In this document: positions 49,003 through 58,848 of the stretch, piece after piece
How the letters are laid out: each line of letters starts with the position of its first letter
How positions within the stretch are numbered: position 1 is the first letter of the stretch
Origin: a virus
Lineage: Duplodnaviria > Caudoviricetes
Direction: 5' to 3' (one strand)
IMG/VR virus record: IMGVR_UViG_3300032219_002227
Span: 96,001-160,000 of that record
DNA: 64,000 bases
The notes under the pieces: model-generated
Seen by the model: the letters and a program-made list of their open reading frames with translations, nothing else
Told to the model about the DNA's origin: nothing
Database searches by the model: none
Position numbers and translations under genes: made by a program

Positions 49003-49662
49003 ATGGCAACACAATTCGCATTTGGTAAAATAGTAACAGACGGATTAGTACTAGCATTAGATGCTGCTGATTCAAATTCATATGTTAGTGGAAGCACCAC
49101 ATGGGTTGATATGAGTGGAAATAATAATAGTGGTAGTTTAACTAATGGACCTACTTTTTCAAATAATAGTATTGTATTTGATGGAGTAGATGATAGGATT
49201 ACTTGTACAAATAATGCAAGTGTTCAAATAACAGTTGGAACTATCGGAGCATGGATAAACGCCAATTCAAATAATACCGGTTTTAGAGGTATAATAACAA
49301 AACAAAGTGCTTGGGGATTGTTCTTATCTGATAACGTATTAGTAACTTATGATTGGGGAGGAGGTGGAACACGTTCTACGGGAATTAATATAGGAAATAA
49401 TACTTGGAACTATGTGGCTATGAGTTTTACTGAAACCATCGGAACACCATCAAATAATGCAATTGTATATCTTAATGGAAATCCTATTTTAACTACAACT
49501 GTGAGGCATAGTAGTCATACAGTTACAGTACAAATAGGAGATGGAAATTCCGTTCAGTATTTTTCTGGAAGAATACCATCCGCACATATATATAATTTAG
49601 TTTTATCACCACAAGAAATTCTACAAAACTATAACGCACAAAAATCACGCTTTAATTTATAA
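49003..49662 (+). CDS. LamG-like jelly-roll domain structural protein
   Basis: IVTDGLVLALDAAD..SY..GSTTW.DMSGN, FDGVDD, IYN..LS..EILQNYNA; ATG 49003 preferred over TTG 48961. Confidence 0.85.
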   Translation: MATQFAFGKIVTDGLVLALDAADSNSYVSGSTTWVDMSGNNNSGSLTNGPTFSNNSIVFDGVDDRITCTNNASVQITVGTIGAWINANSNNTGFRGIITKQSAWGLFLSDNVLVTYDWGGGGTRSTGINIGNNTWNYVAMSFTETIGTPSNNAIVYLNGNPILTTTVRHSSHTVTVQIGDGNSVQYFSGRIPSAHIYNLVLSPQEILQNYNAQKSRFNL

Positions 49663-49665
49663 ACT

Positions 49666-49923
49666 ATGGCATACGAAAACAGAGAATTTATGATCTTCGA
49701 TGTATCCGAATTAGATACAATTAACTTTAATGAAGTGCTAGAAACATCAATTGATACAGTAAGAAAATCAGTAGATGGAACAAAAACATTTGTTAAATGG
49801 GATGGAACAACTATCCCCTCATCAGTAGACTCATTAACAACTAAAGAAGGACCATATACCTACAACGAAATATTAGACATCCTCGCAACATCAGAATGGA
49901 ATCAGCCTATGCCAATGTTATAA
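49666..49923 (+). CDS. Small protein accompanying the LamG genes
   Basis: ETS..TVRKSVDGTKTFVKW...PYT..EIL..L...EW. Confidence 0.7.
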   Translation: MAYENREFMIFDVSELDTINFNEVLETSIDTVRKSVDGTKTFVKWDGTTIPSSVDSLTTKEGPYTYNEILDILATSEWNQPMPML

Positions 49924-49971
49924 TCTGTTATATTTATTCGTAGCTGTTGGACAGTGAAAACAGTATAAATT

Positions 49972-50991
49972 ATGCCAAACGAATTCAAAGTCAAAAATGG
50001 CCTACTTGTCAGTGGGTCTGCAAATATTAACTCCTCCGGATCAAGTGTATTCACTGTTGACGGCACATCAGGCCGCCTATTTTCTGTTGATGATTCACTT
50101 TCTGGATCCTTATTTTCAGTCAATACAGCAGCTGGTCTTCCTATAATTGAAGCTTTTTCAGATAATACTGTTCGTATTGGACAGTTTGGACAAAGAGCAC
50201 TTTTTGTTTCTCAATCTAGAGTAGGTATAGGTAAAGAAACAGGATTAAATGCAACCTTAGATGTTAGTGGAAGTGCTATTTTATCTGGATCCTTTACTGT
50301 TTTTACTACTGGTAGTGGGGCAGAATTTCAAGTACTAAATACAGGTGTTAAAATTGGTAATATTATTACTGATATTCATGCAATAACTGGATCTATAAGT
50401 GTTTCTGGTTCAATTACAGGTTCATTATTTGGAACTTCTTCATTTGCTTTAACTGCTTCTTTTGCTTCAAATGCAGGCGGTGGTGGTACTGTAACAGGCC
50501 AAATCATACTAACTGCAGGTGGTGGTTGGCCTTCCATTACATCAGGATCTAATGCACCAATATTAGCAGAAACGGCAACTAATAGAGTCAACTTTTATTA
50601 TATAGGTTTTCCTGATACTGTTCAAACATTTGCAAACTGGGCAATGCCAATGCCCTCTGATTATAATGGTGGTACTATAACCGCAGTATTTTATTGGGTA
50701 GCAGGTAGTGCATCAACAAATAGTGTGCGTTGGGGGTTAGCAGCTAGGGCATACGCTGATAGTGACGCATTAGACCAAGCATTTGGTACCGCACAAGAAG
50801 TAACAGATGCAAACCAAGCGAATGATGACGTTAATATATCCGCAGCGACTTCGGCAATTACAATTGGAGGTACACCTACAGGAAGTAACTTTGTACAATT
50901 TAGAGCTTTTAGAAACCCAGCAGATGCTGCTGACACTTTAGCGGCAACTGCGGAACTTTTATCGATAAGAATAACATATACAAGAGCTTAA
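49972..50991 (+). CDS. Tail fibre-type protein: MPNEFKVKNGL head, fibre module, C-terminal beta-sandwich
   Basis: G..GRLFSV.DSLSGSLFSVN..GLP; poly-Gly linker; MPSDY.GGTI. Confidence 0.7.
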   Translation: MPNEFKVKNGLLVSGSANINSSGSSVFTVDGTSGRLFSVDDSLSGSLFSVNTAAGLPIIEAFSDNTVRIGQFGQRALFVSQSRVGIGKETGLNATLDVSGSAILSGSFTVFTTGSGAEFQVLNTGVKIGNIITDIHAITGSISVSGSITGSLFGTSSFALTASFASNAGGGGTVTGQIILTAGGGWPSITSGSNAPILAETATNRVNFYYIGFPDTVQTFANWAMPMPSDYNGGTITAVFYWVAGSASTNSVRWGLAARAYADSDALDQAFGTAQEVTDANQANDDVNISAATSAITIGGTPTGSNFVQFRAFRNPADAADTLAATAELLSIRITYTRA

Positions 50992-50994
50992 AAT

Positions 50995-52287
50995 ATGCCA
51001 TTAAATTTCGCACATGGTTCAGTTCAATGGTTAACAACAGATATATTAAATGCAACTAAAGTTGTAACCGGATTAGGATTTACTCCTAAAGCATTAAGAT
51101 TTTATTGGGTTGGTTTACAATCTAACTCACCAACAAACGCAGTAGCAGGTAATGTAAACGAAAGACGTGGTGTTGGATTTGCAGTAAGTGCTGCAAGTAG
51201 AAGATGTGTTGGTACTTTTTCATTAGATAATGATAACGGAGGTGCTCAGTGCGGTTCAGTTGCTATGAATACTTGTATTGCAGTCACAGTAACTGCGGCA
51301 GGTGCTGTTGACGGACAATTAGATCTAAGTAGTCTTGATGCGGACGGATTTACTTTGATTGTAGATGACGTAACACCTGCAAACATTACAGTATTTTGGG
51401 AAGCTTGGGGAGGTAGTGATATTACATCGGCTGTGATAGGAGATATTGCAGAACCTGCAGCTACAGGAACACAAAACTATACTGTAAGTGGTTTTACAAG
51501 CGATGGACTGAATCAGTGTGTTATGTTTGCCGGGGTACAATCCGTAAATGCTGTTAATACAGGACAGGCTCAAGACTCAGGTTTGTGTGTTGGATTTGCA
51601 AGTTCAACAGCATCTGCAAACAACGTTGTTGTAGTTGGCAACTCAGACGTAGGTTCAGACTCGACTGATACAGACGGATATTGTCAACAAGGAGAATGTT
51701 TAGCTCAAATTGTTATAGCAGGTGGTAACCCAGATGCAAGAGCAAATCTTTCAGCGTGGGGAACTGATCTATTCACTCTTAACTGGACCAATAGAGCAAC
51801 CACGAATAGAAGAAATATTTTTTTAGCAATCAAAGGTGGAAGTTGGACAGCATCTTCATATACAATTGCTGGTAACACATTAAACTCAACTACTACAGTC
51901 TCTGAATTACCTTTTTTCTTAAAAGGTATATCTCTTATTGGTAGAATGACAGCGCAAAGTACTGCTGGGACTTCAACAGCCCAAGATAGAATTGGCTTTG
52001 GTAGTGGATTATCAACAGCATCAAGAAACTCAGCAGGAATTATAGACGCGAATAACCAAGATCCAACAGAAATTGGTACAATTGTACAATATAACTCTGT
52101 TCTATCTTTTCCAACCTCAGCTGGTGGTGTTACAACAACTTATGATATAAATGCATTTAATTTAAACGAATTTCAGATTATTGTTGATACAGCTGGCGGT
52201 GTAGCATCAGAGTTTCATGGATATTTAGCTTTCGGTGATCAAATGTTTCCGAGAATCCAAAGTGTTGGACATCCGTTTATAATTTAA
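50995..52287 (+). CDS. Beta-rich structural/receptor-binding protein
   Basis: VTGLGFTPKA repeats; located in the fibre cluster. Confidence 0.6.
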   Translation: MPLNFAHGSVQWLTTDILNATKVVTGLGFTPKALRFYWVGLQSNSPTNAVAGNVNERRGVGFAVSAASRRCVGTFSLDNDNGGAQCGSVAMNTCIAVTVTAAGAVDGQLDLSSLDADGFTLIVDDVTPANITVFWEAWGGSDITSAVIGDIAEPAATGTQNYTVSGFTSDGLNQCVMFAGVQSVNAVNTGQAQDSGLCVGFASSTASANNVVVVGNSDVGSDSTDTDGYCQQGECLAQIVIAGGNPDARANLSAWGTDLFTLNWTNRATTNRRNIFLAIKGGSWTASSYTIAGNTLNSTTTVSELPFFLKGISLIGRMTAQSTAGTSTAQDRIGFGSGLSTASRNSAGIIDANNQDPTEIGTIVQYNSVLSFPTSAGGVTTTYDINAFNLNEFQIIVDTAGGVASEFHGYLAFGDQMFPRIQSVGHPFII

Positions 52288-52299
52288 AAATATAACAAT

Positions 52300-52575
52300 A
52301 TGAGTTACACTACAAACGATTTTATTTACATTAGTACAGAATTAACAGGAGAAGAATCTACTAAGATTGTTACTTTTGAGTATATGAATTTTGTTTACTC
52401 TGTTAGATGTTTTGAAAACATAATTCAATATATAGGAGGACAAAGACATACCGAACCGCTAACAAATGGAGACATTCCTACCTATGAACAAGGCTTAGAA
52501 CATGACCTCAGAAGAGAATTGTACAATGGAGATCATCAACCATTACAAGAATGGATAGATAGTAATAATTACTAA
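52300..52575 (+). CDS. Hypothetical protein
   Basis: Co-oriented ORF filling the gap. Confidence 0.6.
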   Translation: MSYTTNDFIYISTELTGEESTKIVTFEYMNFVYSVRCFENIIQYIGGQRHTEPLTNGDIPTYEQGLEHDLRRELYNGDHQPLQEWIDSNNY

Positions 52576-52619
52576 TAACATAACTTTAAAATATTTATAC
52601 TAGATAATCACAATACAAT

Positions 52620-55600
52620 ATGTTAATAGATAGTGGATTTGTCACGAGTTCGTTTAGAGTTAGTGGATCATATGCCCAAACTGGAAATGCTGTAATTACA
52701 GGATCTTTAAATGTAACTGCAGGCATCACTGGATCTCTATTTGGAACTTCGTCTCATGCTGTCACTGCTTCTTTCTTTGGTGGATCTATTTCATCAGCAA
52801 CATCCGCTTCATATGCTTCATCCTCTACATCAGCATCATACGCAATAAATGCAGGCAATGCTCAATCAGCTTCGTTTACAACAAACGCAAACAGTGCATC
52901 ATATGCTTTAAATGCAGGTAATACTCAAACTGCATCTTTTGCTACTAACGCAGCAACTGCCTTTATTCAAAACGGAAATAGTTTTGGAGCAGCTGCGCTT
53001 TTAGGTACAAATGATTCTCAATCATTACAGTTTGAAACTAGCGGCTCTATTAGAATGACTATTAGCGGTAGTGGACCTATTGGTATAGGTACTACTACTC
53101 CAACTCTAGCATTATTACAAGTTCAAGGTAACGTATCTGCTTCATCTTATTCCGGCTCATTATTAGGTACAGCATCATTCGCTACTAACGCAATATCTTC
53201 TTCTTTTCCAATAACAGTAACAGGAAGTACTTTAAGATCTGTTAGTCCTGAAGCTGGAGTTGGTGCTAATATTAATACAAGTATATTTTTAGGACTTGAT
53301 GCTGGAGGTCAAGCAACAAACGCATCTAATTCAATTTTTTTAGGATGGTACGCTGGTGCTTCAGCATCAAACTCGTCTAATTCAAATTTTTTAGGAACCG
53401 ACGCTGGATCCCTTGCAACTGAAGCAAATCAATCAAACTTTTTAGGAAGAGAGGCTGGAATTCTTGCAATAAATGCTTCTAGTTCAAATTTCTTTGGAAA
53501 TAGAGCAGGATACCAAGCATTCAAAGCAAATCATTCAAACTTTTTAGGAAAAGATGCTGGAATGAGTGCAATTAGCGCATCATACTCTACTTTAATAGGT
53601 TATCAAGTTGGACGTAATGTAGTAGGCTTAGAGGGAACTAGTATTAAATCTAATAATATTATTATTGGTACTAACATAACTTTACCTAATGGAACACAAA
53701 ATAGTATTAATTTAGGAGCAATCATATTTGCAACTGGTTCCTATTCAACAATAACAGGAACCCCATTTTCAGGATCAGCAAATGGTAGAGTAGGTATTAA
53801 TGTAATTAATCCTACAAATACTTTAGAAGTAGCAGGTAATGTATCTGCATCTGCTTTTACAGGATCTTTATTAGGTACAGCTTCATTTGCAACAAATGCT
53901 AATAGCTCCTCGTATGCATTAAACGCAGGTACTACTATTTCATCATCTTTTTCAACAAATGCAGGTAGTGCATCATATGCAACAAATGCAGGTACTACTA
54001 TTTCATCATCTTTTTCAACAAATGCAGGTAGTGCATCATATGCAACAAATGCAGGTAACGCTCAATCATCTTCATTTGCTTCAACAGCCTCTTCAGCTGA
54101 TAACTTTACTGTAAGAAATACTCTTACTGCTACTACAATAGTAGTACAAACTATAACTTCAAGTGTTAATTTCGTAACTGGTTCAACTCGCTTCGGTATT
54201 TTAGCCTCTAATACTCATGTATTTACAGGAAGTGTAAGTATATCAGGTAGCTTAACAGTTCAAGGTGCTATAAGCGGATCTAATATTACAGGTAGTCTTT
54301 TAGGTACTGCCTCATACGCTAATAATGCTCTTTCATCTTCATATGCAGTAAATGCAGGAAATGCTATTTCAGCATCCTTCTCAACAAATGTGGGGAGTGC
54401 ATCTTATGCTTTAAATGCAGGTAATACCCAAACTGCTTCGTTTGCAACAAATGCAAATAGTGCTTCGTATGCCCTAAATGCAGGTAATGCTCAAACTGCT
54501 TCGTTTGCTACTAACGTAGCAAACGCCTTTATCCAAAACGGAAATAGTTTTGGTGCTGCTGCTCTTTTAGGTACTAATGATGCTCAAAACTTACAATTCG
54601 AAACTAATGGTACTGTTAGAATGACTATTAGTTCTAGTGGTGATATTGGTATAGGTACTACAGTAACAGATGCAAGATTAAGAGTAGCAGGTACTATTAA
54701 TGCAACACATTCAATATTTGGTAATACAGATGGAAGAGGATTAGCAATTCAAACAGTACTCGTAGCAGGAACAAATGAAGCCGGTAGTATTTTAAATGCA
54801 AGGGGTGTAGGAGCAGGTACATTAATATTTCAAACAGATAATACTGAAAGAGTACGTATTGCTGCTGATGGTAAGGTTGGTATTGGTACTACTTCACCCA
54901 GTAGCTTACTAGATGTAAGAGGACAAACAACTATTATCTCAAACGCAGCTACTCTTCAACTATCTGGAAGTGATCATACTTATATAGAATTATATCCATC
55001 AAACTCTATTGGTAGACAAGCATATATTGGATTCCCAGCAGCTGGCTCTAAAGATTTACAAATTGTTAATGAATCAACAACAGGTAATTTAAATTTATTT
55101 ACTAATAATTCAACAAGAGTAACAATATTAACTAATGGTAATGTAGGTATTAGCACTACTTCACCAGCTTATAAATTAGATGTTAGTGGTACTTTAAGAA
55201 CAACAGGTAATGTACTTGCAAGTAATGTAATAAATTTAATAGGTACTGAAAATAGTTCTGCTAAAATCAAAGCTGGTAAGTTTTTATCAATAGCTGATGA
55301 TGGATTTACTGTAGGTATAAACTATAACTCAGATTCAATACCTTTTGGCGGGTTTATTACCATGATAAGTGGTAGTACTTATAATAGTGGAAATATTGTA
55401 GCAAATGGAAATATTGGTGTAGGGATTACAGCACCTACTTATAATCTTCATGTTTCTAGCTCATCTAGCCCTACTATAATGGTTCAATCAGCTAACAATA
55501 TAGGAGGTCAATTTAGAGCAAAAAATACAACTGGTGAATATGTTAAAGGTATAGAAGGTAATACTAGTGGTGGTTGGATGGATTATGATATAATTAATAG

Positions 55601-57194
55601 TCAGTATATAACTTTATATAGAACTGGGTCAGCCGGTTATTATGCTATATACACTAACGGCGGTGAAAGAATAACAGTAAGTGGTAGTGGTAATGTAGGT
55701 ATAGGCCAAACATCACCAGCATCAAAACTAGACGTTAATGGAATTATATTTGCTGGTAGTAATTCAGCAACAGAAGGAACTCTTATATTACAAGATCAAT
55801 ATAGTTCAGGCCATTTAACAAATTTTGGAACTAATAGATCATCAGGAGGTCCTGTAATAGGATATGGAGTATATCCTAGTGCTGGTGCTACTAATGCCTT
55901 TAGCTCTTCTGTACATTCAACAATTACTATAGCTAGATCTGCGTTTTCTATGGATAGTGAGTTTAGATGGTATACTGGAGGTTCACAAACAGTAAGTATA
56001 GGAGCTGCTGCTACTCTATCTCAAAGAATGGTTTTAGATAATAATGGTAATCTAGGTATAGGAGCTACATCACCGGGGGCAAGATTTGAAATCAAATCAT
56101 CTGCAGCAAATAATCTTGGTGGATTATTATTACGAGCTACTTCTACAGCCAACTTCCCGGCATTATTATATGAAAATTCAACTAATGGAGGTGCATTAGA
56201 TTTATATAATAATGCTACTTTAGTTTCTCGTATAGCAGCAAATGGTGATTCTTATGTTAGTTCTAGTGGTAATTTTGGTGTAGGTACTACAACACCTACT
56301 GAAAAACTCCATGTAGTAGGAGGCAATATAAAAGTAAATAATGCATATGCTATGTATTTTGGCGATTCCGCCAATAATAATGGAGGTAGAATATATTGTG
56401 CGAGTGCAACTAATGATTTCTATATTAATCAAGTTAATAACAGCCCATTATATTTAGCTACAAATAATAATGTAAGACTTACAATACTTGGTGGTGGTGA
56501 TGTTGGAATAGGTACTACCTCTCCATATGATAAATTAGAAGTATTAGGAGCTATAGCAGCAACTGGAGCTTCTACTGGTACTAGCGCACAAGGCACAGCT
56601 ACTATAATATCAGTAGAGAGTGGAGTAGGTTATTTACGAGCAGTTGATTGGGGTGCCGAATATAAATCTTTAGTTGTAGAAGGACAAACTATCTCCTTAC
56701 AAACAGGGGTTGGATCTACTACTCCTAGAGTGATTATTACCTCTGGAGGTAATGTTGGTATAAATACTACCCCTTCGTATAGACTAGATGTAAGTGGAAG
56801 TGCTAGAATTACAGGTTCACTAGCAGTAGGTAATATTGCTCCAAGCGCAACAGCAGGTAGAATAGATGCCTCAAATGATGTAGTAGCATTTAGTACTTCA
56901 GATGCTCGTTTTAAAACTAACATAACCCCAATTTCAAATGCATTAAATAAAATAACTCAAATTGGTGGATATGAATTTGATTGGATACCAAATCAAGAAT
57001 ATCACGGATTTGAAGGACATGATGTTGGAGTTATAGCTCAAGAAATAGAAAAAGTATTACCTGAAGTAGTAAAAGAAAGAGATAATGGTTATAAAGCAGT
57101 AAAATATGAAAAAATAGTACCATTACTTATTGAAGCAATTAAAGAACAACAAAAACAAATAGACGAATTAAAATATTTATTACAAAGCAAATAA
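52620..57194 (+). CDS. Long tail fibre with C-terminal intramolecular chaperone (peptidase S74)
   Basis: SASYA repeats, SNFLG..AG beta-roll repeats, about eight GNVGIG-type modules, SDARFKTNI...GVIAQEIEKVLPEVV...LIEAIKEQQ. Confidence 0.92.
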   Translation: MLIDSGFVTSSFRVSGSYAQTGNAVITGSLNVTAGITGSLFGTSSHAVTASFFGGSISSATSASYASSSTSASYAINAGNAQSASFTTNANSASYALNAGNTQTASFATNAATAFIQNGNSFGAAALLGTNDSQSLQFETSGSIRMTISGSGPIGIGTTTPTLALLQVQGNVSASSYSGSLLGTASFATNAISSSFPITVTGSTLRSVSPEAGVGANINTSIFLGLDAGGQATNASNSIFLGWYAGASASNSSNSNFLGTDAGSLATEANQSNFLGREAGILAINASSSNFFGNRAGYQAFKANHSNFLGKDAGMSAISASYSTLIGYQVGRNVVGLEGTSIKSNNIIIGTNITLPNGTQNSINLGAIIFATGSYSTITGTPFSGSANGRVGINVINPTNTLEVAGNVSASAFTGSLLGTASFATNANSSSYALNAGTTISSSFSTNAGSASYATNAGTTISSSFSTNAGSASYATNAGNAQSSSFASTASSADNFTVRNTLTATTIVVQTITSSVNFVTGSTRFGILASNTHVFTGSVSISGSLTVQGAISGSNITGSLLGTASYANNALSSSYAVNAGNAISASFSTNVGSASYALNAGNTQTASFATNANSASYALNAGNAQTASFATNVANAFIQNGNSFGAAALLGTNDAQNLQFETNGTVRMTISSSGDIGIGTTVTDARLRVAGTINATHSIFGNTDGRGLAIQTVLVAGTNEAGSILNARGVGAGTLIFQTDNTERVRIAADGKVGIGTTSPSSLLDVRGQTTIISNAATLQLSGSDHTYIELYPSNSIGRQAYIGFPAAGSKDLQIVNESTTGNLNLFTNNSTRVTILTNGNVGISTTSPAYKLDVSGTLRTTGNVLASNVINLIGTENSSAKIKAGKFLSIADDGFTVGINYNSDSIPFGGFITMISGSTYNSGNIVANGNIGVGITAPTYNLHVSSSSSPTIMVQSANNIGGQFRAKNTTGEYVKGIEGNTSGGWMDYDIINSQYITLYRTGSAGYYAIYTNGGERITVSGSGNVGIGQTSPASKLDVNGIIFAGSNSATEGTLILQDQYSSGHLTNFGTNRSSGGPVIGYGVYPSAGATNAFSSSVHSTITIARSAFSMDSEFRWYTGGSQTVSIGAAATLSQRMVLDNNGNLGIGATSPGARFEIKSSAANNLGGLLLRATSTANFPALLYENSTNGGALDLYNNATLVSRIAANGDSYVSSSGNFGVGTTTPTEKLHVVGGNIKVNNAYAMYFGDSANNNGGRIYCASATNDFYINQVNNSPLYLATNNNVRLTILGGGDVGIGTTSPYDKLEVLGAIAATGASTGTSAQGTATIISVESGVGYLRAVDWGAEYKSLVVEGQTISLQTGVGSTTPRVIITSGGNVGINTTPSYRLDVSGSARITGSLAVGNIAPSATAGRIDASNDVVAFSTSDARFKTNITPISNALNKITQIGGYEFDWIPNQEYHGFEGHDVGVIAQEIEKVLPEVVKERDNGYKAVKYEKIVPLLIEAIKEQQKQIDELKYLLQSK
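53925..54050 (+). repeat. Exact 63-bp tandem duplication (21 aa)
   Basis: 53925-53987 is identical to 53988-54050. Confidence 0.9.
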
Positions 57195-57195
57195 T

Positions 57196-57513
57196 ATGGC
57201 AATAACTTACACATGGAATTTTAACCCACTAGAATCATATCCTACAGCATCAGGACAAACAGATGTAGTATTTTTAGTGCATTGGCAAGCATATGGTTCT
57301 ACAGGATCATATCAAGGATCATCAATTGGAACTCAACCAGTAACTTATGATAGTGGTTCTGCATTTGTTCCATTTGAAGAATTAACATACCAAATCGTAT
57401 ATGATTGGGTAAGTAGTTCTATGGATATGAGTAGAATAGAAGAAAATATAGCTCAACAAATAGAAAATCAAATTAATCCACCCGTATTAGTTCAACAAGC
57501 CCCTTGGCTATAA
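57196..57513 (+). CDS. Probable tail-fibre assembly/accessory protein
   Basis: ITYTW...VV..VHW...FVPFEELT...V..WV...PW; follows the S74 fibre. Confidence 0.6.
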   Translation: MAITYTWNFNPLESYPTASGQTDVVFLVHWQAYGSTGSYQGSSIGTQPVTYDSGSAFVPFEELTYQIVYDWVSSSMDMSRIEENIAQQIENQINPPVLVQQAPWL

Positions 57514-57523
57514 AATTTAAATT

Positions 57524-57706
57524 ATGTATATTGTATTAATGCAATTTATCCCAGGAAACGATCAGATTTGGGTAGCTAAACTTAACCTAGAAGATCCAGA
57601 ATATATCTATCCTACTGAACAAGAGGCAATAGATAAAGCAGCTGAATTACAAGCTGCTGATCTTAATGGAAGAGAATATAAAGCTGCTCCTTACGGTCAA
57701 ATATAA
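57524..57706 (+). CDS. Hypothetical protein
   Basis: Co-oriented small ORF. Confidence 0.6.
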   Translation: MYIVLMQFIPGNDQIWVAKLNLEDPEYIYPTEQEAIDKAAELQAADLNGREYKAAPYGQI

Positions 57707-57712
57707 AATAAT

Positions 57713-58393
57713 ATGGCATTACCAAGTAGTGGACAAATATCGTTTAATGATGTAAGAACAGAAACATCTCAAAGTACATTTACTAGCTATACATTTTCAA
57801 AATGGGCTTCAGGAACTAATTCTGGGTGTATTGGTCTTGGAGCTAATGCAGATTATGCTCCTATTAATTTAATATCTTCAGGAAGCGGAAGTGGAACTAA
57901 TGCTCTTAGATATTCTCCTAATATGACAATGAGTGCTCCTTTAAGATTATCTGATTGGTATTTGTATGACCACATAATAGGTATTAATACAGAAGCAACT
58001 GCTAGTTTATATAGTCATTTTGATGGAGTATTAAATTTTCAATGTAATGGATTTACATCTATGGTACCTGTTGATGTTGGCACATCAGCTACAACTTTAA
58101 GTCTTAATATATCGGGAAGTCCTATTACAGGAAGCAGTGCAGATACTGGCTGTTGGATGATATTTTATGGAAAACCATGGACACAAACAGGAGTAAGTGA
58201 TACTACTATGACTGGCTGCGGATATGTATATTCATCAGCAACAGCAATTCTTATAGATAGTGGATCTATAAGAGATAATGTTAATAAAAAAATATCATAT
58301 AATTACAATTATAATGCTACTTACGGGAATTACATATATTATGTAGTAATTCGTCAATTAAATGATTGTTTTTGTGTACCTGGTGGTTGTTAA
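57713..58393 (+). CDS. Fibre-tip/adhesin-like protein
   Basis: MALPSSGQISFNDVRTE...P..LSDWY.YDH N-terminal module typical of fibre-tip proteins; Cys-containing variable body. Confidence 0.6.
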   Translation: MALPSSGQISFNDVRTETSQSTFTSYTFSKWASGTNSGCIGLGANADYAPINLISSGSGSGTNALRYSPNMTMSAPLRLSDWYLYDHIIGINTEATASLYSHFDGVLNFQCNGFTSMVPVDVGTSATTLSLNISGSPITGSSADTGCWMIFYGKPWTQTGVSDTTMTGCGYVYSSATAILIDSGSIRDNVNKKISYNYNYNATYGNYIYYVVIRQLNDCFCVPGGC

Positions 58394-58414
58394 TAATAAT
58401 TAAAATAATTAAAT

Positions 58415-58783
58415 ATGCCTGCTTCTTTTAAAATATGGGTACAAACAACACCAAGTTATTTAGTAACAATATATGGTAAATTAACTGGGATTGGTCTTCC
58501 TATTACATTTGAATATTCATTAGATGGTGGAACTAACTGGCTTAGTGCTGGTTCTTCATTTGATAGTACTAGTTGTGCTTCAAGAGGATCATTTTTAGTA
58601 GTATCAGGAAATTCAGCTTCAATAAGAGGATCAGATGGATCCAATACATATTTTATGTCTAGAACACTTAACTCAACTACTTGTCCTGGCAGTCCATATA
58701 CTTCCTGTGAAGTTTTAGTATCTAATGTTACTTCTAATAGAAACGTAGCTATTACAGTAGATACTAATGGTTCTACTTGTTAA
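58415..58783 (+). CDS. Small Cys-containing beta protein, possible fibre-tip partner
   Basis: YSLDGGTNW; four Cys residues. Confidence 0.55.
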   Translation: MPASFKIWVQTTPSYLVTIYGKLTGIGLPITFEYSLDGGTNWLSAGSSFDSTSCASRGSFLVVSGNSASIRGSDGSNTYFMSRTLNSTTCPGSPYTSCEVLVSNVTSNRNVAITVDTNGSTC

Positions 58784-58848
58784 AATAAATTTGGTTGTTT
58801 TCTACTTTCTTTATATATTTATATACGTAAACCAAAAAATAAAAATTT

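Noticed and set aside
37880-54520. Periodic repeats as a possible CRISPR array
   Set aside because: They are in-frame coding repeats varying at synonymous sites, with no unique spacers and no cas genes.
43451-58783. Diversity-generating retroelement acting on fibre or lectin genes
   Set aside because: No reverse transcriptase and no template/variable pair differing only at adenines; repeat differences are synonymous at all bases.
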